DNA of 64,000 nucleotides from Candidatus Omnitrophota bacterium (GTDB lineage Bacteria; Omnitrophota; Gorgyraeia; Duberdicusellales; 4484-171), in assembly GCA_037146775.1 (NCBI GenBank), contig JBAWWL010000007.1, forward strand, positions 1,536-65,535, given 5' to 3'. Below, one piece after another: positions 59,701-64,000 of this stretch. Numbering within the stretch: the first letter of the stretch is position 1; each line of letters begins with the position of its first letter. Under the pieces are notes generated by a model. That model searched no databases and was not told the DNA's origin. It saw only the letters and a program-made list of their open reading frames with translations. Made by a program: the position numbers and the translations under genes.

Positions 59701-62003
59701 ATATTCTTATTGAACCAGTTCCGATTAATAGGTGGGTAAACAATGCTGTCGACAGGACTCTTCCAGGTATATTTTTCGCATTAATGCTTCTTTACTATGA
59801 TTTCAAAATTCAGAATGAGCATGGTTCTAATATTTATTTAACCGGTGGATTTCGTGATGCAGTAAAAAATGGCTGGTTGGCTAGCTCTGACAATATAGCC
59901 GATATGGTTATTCAATCTTATTTAGCTTATGGGCCATCAGGAGAATTATTTCGAGAGAAGATAAAAGTCAAAGTGAAAGACATTTACGATAAGCTAAGTA
60001 ATTGGTCGTTAAGCAAGAGAGACTTTATCGCTACGGCTCTTGATGGATATCATCCTATGCGCAGCTTGCGAGATACAGATATTCAGATAGAGATCGAGCA
60101 TCCGCAGCTAAATAAAACAATGAGTCGGGGAGTTATGCAGTTGTTGTATAGACACTTTCCTTGTACCTGGTTGTATTTTGATAAAGGTAGATTAGAGCAA
60201 GAAGTTTCTTTTATTGATTTCTGGGATAGCCGTGAAATACCAGTCGCAAATTTAAATAAGAAACGGTTATTAAAAAGAGTAGAAAAGTATATAAGTGGTT
60301 TTGGTAATAGAAAGAACATCAATATTCCTTTAAATGAGAATGAATATTTAGTATTACAACCAATAAGAGCTCATGCAGTTACAAAAGCAGAAACGTATTT
60401 CTGCACCAATAATAAGTGCAATAAAGTATTTAAAAAACATGCTTTAATTAATGGAAATTGCCCAGATTGTCATCGTAGAGCTAGCCAAATGCCGCTAGTA
60501 TATGCATGTGATTGTGGCTGGACAGGTCCAGTAGAGGTTATGGGTTGTAGACAGCATGGCTTGCAGGATATGAGATTTCGTGACGGCAGGTATGATACTA
60601 GGAGTTGGATTTGTAAAATAGATAACCAAGCCGTTAATGTAAGAACACGTTGCCCGGAGTGTCAGAAGGTTCCCCTATATCCTAAGAATATCGGAGATGC
60701 TTCTATTTCTATACCTAGAACTGTAACAATGATTGATCTTGTTGAGTCTGATAAGGAGAAATCACTTGAGCATCCAAATGGGGTCCCCCTCATATATGCT
60801 ACATGGCTAGGTAAAGTTTCAATTTCAGAAGCCGCAGACTTATTTAGGAGCATTCTGAATCCATTGCCAGAACAGGAAGATTTAGCTAAGAAGATGGAGG
60901 AAGAAGTTAAACAAAATATGGAAAATCTGGGAGTTGACGAGAACTTAGCCAGAAGGATTGCGGAGAAATATCTTAAGGGTAGCCGTGATATTACCGGTAG
61001 ATTAAATGAAATTAATAACTGGATTTCAGATAAAATCGTTAATCTATCTGAAGATGCTAAAAGAATAAATGCAACTAGCATTCTTGAGTTTGAGACAATA
61101 AATTCTTTAAAAGAAGCGCGGGATCTTAGCACTATTTCTGAATTTAACAAGCAGCTTTTATCCCAAGAGAATTTACAGGATTATAAGAGCATTGCAAACA
61201 AATACGGATTTATTAGCGTAAAAGCTTGTTCTAACGTTCCTATGGTGTATTGCAATTATGGATACTCAAGAAATGAATTTGAAATGGGCGGTTCAACAAC
61301 ATTATTAGGTTTTCCTCCTGATAGAGAAGTAAAGGCTAGATTTCCCGGAAAGAAGAATATTTATGCCCAAAAATATAATACAGAAGGTATAGTTTTTGAG
61401 CTTGATAGGGCACGAATATTATTCTGGTTGCTTAAAAACAAAATAGTTGATAGGGTTACTAATAATTTACCCGGAAATTTAAATAACGAAGAAGAAGCGA
61501 AACTATGGTTTATAAACAACTTAAGGCAGGATTTACTTTCTCCATTCAAACCTATTAAAGTAATAGATCATAAAATTACCTATTATGTGCATACCCTAAC
61601 CCATACACTTTCACACATGCTCATAAAAAATGCCGAAGCCTTGTTGGGGTTAGATAAAAATTCTTTAGGCGAGTATTCATTTTTAACTGTTCCCAGTTTC
61701 TTAATATATTCACATGACATGCACGATTTTCCGCTAGGAGCATTCTTTAATTTATTTGCGAACTCTTTCCAGGCGTGGCTTGAGAATTCGTTTGAGGCTA
61801 GTTCGTCTTGCATAAACGATCCAATATGTATCGAACATTTAACTAAAGAGCCTGGAGATGAAACAGCTTCGTGTTTCGATTGTCTTCACCTCAATGAAAT
61901 ATCTTGCCAGTATATGAATTATAATTTAGATAGAAAATTGTTAACTGGTAAGGTAAAAGAAGATAAACATATTTTCTTCGGTTATTGGGAGAATCTGGAG
62001 TAA
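56763..62003 (+). CDS. 1746-aa SF2 (DExH) helicase with multiple zinc ribbons and DUF1998-like 4-Cys C-terminus (DrmA+DrmB / DruE / MrfA-like)
   Basis: Motif I YFPTGGGKTEAFL. Motif II LVQDELHLL. Motif VI QATSRVGRQ. Cys clusters CPFCQ...CPNC, CTNNKCN...CPDCH, CDCGW, CPECQ. C-terminal SCINDPIC...SCFDC...C. Confidence 0.7.
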   Translation: MNDIRAKIIEHINQKLFQEVTGRNIDRLIWQDRFDEKFFIGLLSAGSTEHEEFQTRARTKQIGIDILLKKEEVEKIKLTYSVSGSFFYRVFPSLTEQREFYVKKFNENFSQQIDSWNDLTYFLQNNPSFKPIKCDVAPVFCKIKLVDEPIEYRLAGKELDSHLNVKSDAHREFVLNMANSSTDYYYIIREEVELKDLNSKDKWQEFIRNNKSDRMPLQWDFDYNIKEIDYDKDRMRISFTWSNMAQVETRNGKLVYDGIRVNEIFDCKIKLKVDGGEPCRFTMKGFAEDYKYDRTIKAIGKNCFIEENNVNGNILETNPCPVYEQYRLKVRRFGLIPTFEGFSKEPLPILDSIASEMDKYIENFDIEVKEFFAHKGLDMQEKKTQLDYEKADFSRERERFKKGISILKNCPDVLQAFRLMNKSFLNSSINFNSWHLFQIVFIVSLLPDFAKNKYSEIEGDSLDKVDLLYFPTGGGKTEAFLGLIIFNLFFDRLRGKKLGVTALVKYPLRLLSIQQMQRIADIVASAEKIRREEENLKDSEGFAVGYFVGESNTPNKIDKKESQNLVKMSQDNLTKQYLILDKCPFCQKKGMIIKYLEQNNRLAHFCPNCDEGLLPIYIVDREIYRYLPSVVVSTIDKYAGVGNQRNFRNILGCVSARCSLHGFTSQLECTEKGFAGVCTLSKDKLEKVNYQNLSPTLLVQDELHLLSESLGIFDSHYETFIKYFIEHLMSSTSKLKIIAATATISHYKNQIKHLYMQDAIRFPTPSPNPNKSFYYMVDYNELNRVFIGIAPVGITPKTAVYKIVELLRNYIFEYYDSPVKLNNELKLKLSDSEIKEILRDYWTILEYNQKKSDTLNICDTLGKTVNPKLKEQARFNIENLTGDKKLEEVRQIISDIENPNNPLPSPDFLAATSMISHGVDIDIFNIMVLYGVPQTIGEYIQATSRVGRQHPAFVFCIFIVNREKDRSYYKYFKQFNECKDILIEPVPINRWVNNAVDRTLPGIFFALMLLYYDFKIQNEHGSNIYLTGGFRDAVKNGWLASSDNIADMVIQSYLAYGPSGELFREKIKVKVKDIYDKLSNWSLSKRDFIATALDGYHPMRSLRDTDIQIEIEHPQLNKTMSRGVMQLLYRHFPCTWLYFDKGRLEQEVSFIDFWDSREIPVANLNKKRLLKRVEKYISGFGNRKNINIPLNENEYLVLQPIRAHAVTKAETYFCTNNKCNKVFKKHALINGNCPDCHRRASQMPLVYACDCGWTGPVEVMGCRQHGLQDMRFRDGRYDTRSWICKIDNQAVNVRTRCPECQKVPLYPKNIGDASISIPRTVTMIDLVESDKEKSLEHPNGVPLIYATWLGKVSISEAADLFRSILNPLPEQEDLAKKMEEEVKQNMENLGVDENLARRIAEKYLKGSRDITGRLNEINNWISDKIVNLSEDAKRINATSILEFETINSLKEARDLSTISEFNKQLLSQENLQDYKSIANKYGFISVKACSNVPMVYCNYGYSRNEFEMGGSTTLLGFPPDREVKARFPGKKNIYAQKYNTEGIVFELDRARILFWLLKNKIVDRVTNNLPGNLNNEEEAKLWFINNLRQDLLSPFKPIKVIDHKITYYVHTLTHTLSHMLIKNAEALLGLDKNSLGEYSFLTVPSFLIYSHDMHDFPLGAFFNLFANSFQAWLENSFEASSSCINDPICIEHLTKEPGDETASCFDCLHLNEISCQYMNYNLDRKLLTGKVKEDKHIFFGYWENLE

Positions 62004-62011
62004 GGTTAATT

Positions 62012-63697
62012 ATGGCGAAAATGATTCCCGAAAGCTTAACTTATTATAATTTTACTGAATCGGAAAAGTTAGTTTTTGATTCTTTGCGTACCCTAGGAGA
62101 AAATTTTACAGTTTTTTATTCTGTTCCTTGGCAAAAGAAAACCAATTTGGGTAACTTTAGATTCAATGGTGAGTGCGATTTTATAATCGAACATAAGGAT
62201 AAAGGATTTATATCCCTAGAAGTTAAGGGCGGTAAGGATATTAAAATAGAGAATAACATTTGGTACCTATATTTTAGTGAACGAGAACGACTAGACAGTG
62301 ATGAATATTTAGAAAATACTAATCAATTTATCAGGCGATTAAGGCAAAGTCCATTAGCTCAGTCACGGGATTCCATGTATTTCTTCGTTGATCATTTCAA
62401 GGAAAAATACGGAAGAGATTTCTCGGGGTTATTTGGGCATGCTGCTTGTTTCCCTAACTTTCGAATTAAGGATGACCTTGGGCCTGAAGCGCCAAAACAG
62501 ATTATTATTGATGCAAGCGGCATGATTAATATCGAGAAAAGAATTAATGAAATTTTTACTTATTACGAACATGATAGGAAGGGGCGATATATAGATAAAG
62601 ATCATTACGACTTTATTAATATAATTAGACTTAGGCGACACTATTCTATAACTAAAGGTAGCTTGATTAGAAATAGAAGCGATATCTTCGAGTCGATAAA
62701 CCATACTCAAGATTTATATTTAGAAATGATTGGAGAATATAAAGATGCTCTTATAACGGGTGGAGCTGGTACAGGAAAAACCTTTTGTGCTATTAAAAAA
62801 ACTAAACAATTAGCTAGCCAAGGGAAAAGAGTACTATTCATATGTTTTAATAAAAATCTTGCGGAGCATATAAAAGTTAATTATTTTTATAACATACATA
62901 ATGTCGATTGTTATAACTTTCATGAATTTATAAAGCTTTCGATAGGTTTAGACTTTTATAAAAAAATTTTCTTAGAGAGCAATAATAGATTTAACGGGCT
63001 TTTAAACCAGCTTCAAAATTCGCTCGAACGACTACCAAAATTCGATGCAATTATAGTAGACGAAGGACAGGATTTTGAAGAAGAGTGGTTTAAGTGTTTG
63101 AGTTTATTTGCGAAGGATGTACAAAACAAGATATTTTATGTTTTCTATGATAAAAATCAAGACATCTTTCAGGGGAATATTAGTCGGATATTAAAACTAT
63201 TTAATTATCCGCCTTTTCATTTGATTGAAAATCTTAGAAATTGTTCAGAAATTCAGAAGTGGGTTGTTGAAAAAACTGGTTTCGGTCATGATGTCATGCC
63301 CAACAAAATAGAAGGGGTGGAGCCGATAATATTTGAAGTAAAAAGTTTCGAACAAGTAAGTAGTGTTTTAAGTTCACTTTTTGACTCTCTTATCAAAAAT
63401 GAACTTATTGAGAATCACCAACTGATAATACTTTCTGATAGAAAACTGGAGAATAGTATTTTAAAAGAAAATAGACGAGTTGGTAACTATAGAATAATCG
63501 ATAGCATAATTGTTTGCGATCCCAACCCCGCCAATATTAGATTTGCTACTGTTCAGTCTTTTAAGGGGCTGGAATCCGATGTGGTTATCTATTTACAGCA
63601 CGATAATATTGAGCAAGGAAATAATAATATGCTTAAATATGTTGCATATACTAGAGCCCGGTTCATTCTTTATATTTTTAAATGTTTTATTTCTTAA
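62012..63697 (+). CDS. NERD domain + UvrD/Rep-like SF1 helicase (paralogue of 54818 gene)
   Basis: NERD: GECDFIIEHKDKGFISLEVKGGKDIKIENNIWY. Walker A ITGGAGTGKTF. Motif II IIVDEGQDFEEEW. GGAG RBS before the ATG at 62012. Confidence 0.6.
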   Translation: MAKMIPESLTYYNFTESEKLVFDSLRTLGENFTVFYSVPWQKKTNLGNFRFNGECDFIIEHKDKGFISLEVKGGKDIKIENNIWYLYFSERERLDSDEYLENTNQFIRRLRQSPLAQSRDSMYFFVDHFKEKYGRDFSGLFGHAACFPNFRIKDDLGPEAPKQIIIDASGMINIEKRINEIFTYYEHDRKGRYIDKDHYDFINIIRLRRHYSITKGSLIRNRSDIFESINHTQDLYLEMIGEYKDALITGGAGTGKTFCAIKKTKQLASQGKRVLFICFNKNLAEHIKVNYFYNIHNVDCYNFHEFIKLSIGLDFYKKIFLESNNRFNGLLNQLQNSLERLPKFDAIIVDEGQDFEEEWFKCLSLFAKDVQNKIFYVFYDKNQDIFQGNISRILKLFNYPPFHLIENLRNCSEIQKWVVEKTGFGHDVMPNKIEGVEPIIFEVKSFEQVSSVLSSLFDSLIKNELIENHQLIILSDRKLENSILKENRRVGNYRIIDSIIVCDPNPANIRFATVQSFKGLESDVVIYLQHDNIEQGNNNMLKYVAYTRARFILYIFKCFIS

Positions 63698-63750
63698 CCA
63701 GCATTTTCGAGATATTTGAAATTATTTATTAAATAAAAAAATGGGGGGGT

Positions 63751-64000
63751 ATGAAATATAAATTAGATAAGATTAAGAAAAGAGAAGAATGTTTTGGCTC
63801 TGTGCAGATTGGAAAGGAAAATTCCAATCTTGCTGAATTGATGGTTAGAAAGAGCATGAATATAAAATTATCCTTAGAGAATGTTTTAAAACTAAAGTTG
63901 GCCCTTGAGGCAGCTGCTTTGGAGCTTAACAAATATCATTTGGGCCAACTAAAAGCGCGTAATATAGGAGTAAATTTATTTATAGGCCCACAGAAGCAAA
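63751..64000 (+). CDS. 5' part of an unlisted ORF running off the window (MKYKLDKIKKREECFGSVQIGKEN...)
   Basis: G-rich RBS (GGGGGGG) 4 nt before the ATG. Open to the window edge. Function unknown. Confidence 0.3.
   Translation, partial: MKYKLDKIKKREECFGSVQIGKENSNLAELMVRKSMNIKLSLENVLKLKLALEAAALELNKYHLGQLKARNIGVNLFIGPQKQ

Larger units (their letters stand above)
43978..64000. mobile_element. Genomic island 2 (tandem to island 1): DUF2924 + serine recombinase module plus 17-kb defence operon; right boundary beyond window
   Basis: Recombinase module sits immediately right of the att-like repeat. The cargo is co-directional and carries helicase, nuclease and methyltransferase genes. Confidence 0.5.

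Overview
The window starts inside an rRNA operon (23S 3' end, 5S), then runs through about 25 kb of chromosomal core, all on the + strand. Core genes are: a PP-loop ATPase, TPR-repeat secreted proteins, greA, a PF04392-type periplasmic binding protein, a PAS–histidine kinase with a C-terminal PilZ domain, an FAD oxidoreductase, a transglutaminase-like protein, tRNA-Lys, archease, a DUF4139 protein, an intein-containing rtcB, serS, tRNA-Ser, dnaX, recR and a receiver-domain protein. At about 26.0 kb a tRNA (read as Asn-GTT) is interrupted by a 221-nt group I intron, and it serves as the integration site for two tandem genomic islands, each opening with a large serine recombinase. Island 1 (about 26.28–43.98 kb) is bounded by a 13-bp direct repeat of the tRNA 3' end. 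It looks like a phage-satellite-like element: recombinase, a sigma-like regulator behind an array of hairpin repeats, a prim-pol/helicase with TGTGAGGAT iterons, and an XRE repressor. Its cargo is a 1867-aa DUF4011/Upf1-like helicase/REase/DUF3320 giant protein, then a tight DarT–DarG–3TM protein–TIR–small ORF–TIR operon. Island 2 (about 43.98 kb to the window end) carries a DUF2924 protein plus serine recombinase, then a 17-kb, 7-gene co-directional operon: a PLD-nuclease::SNF2-helicase fusion, a PglX/Eco57I-like N6-adenine methyltransferase, a Dam-like methyltransferase, a 180-aa unknown, a NERD-like::UvrD-like helicase, a 1746-aa SF2 helicase with zinc ribbons and a DUF1998-like 4-Cys C-terminus, and a second NERD::UvrD-like helicase. 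This DISARM/Druantia-like but non-canonical architecture is the best candidate for an undescribed defence system. No CRISPR array was seen. All domain calls rest on motifs read by eye; no database search was possible.
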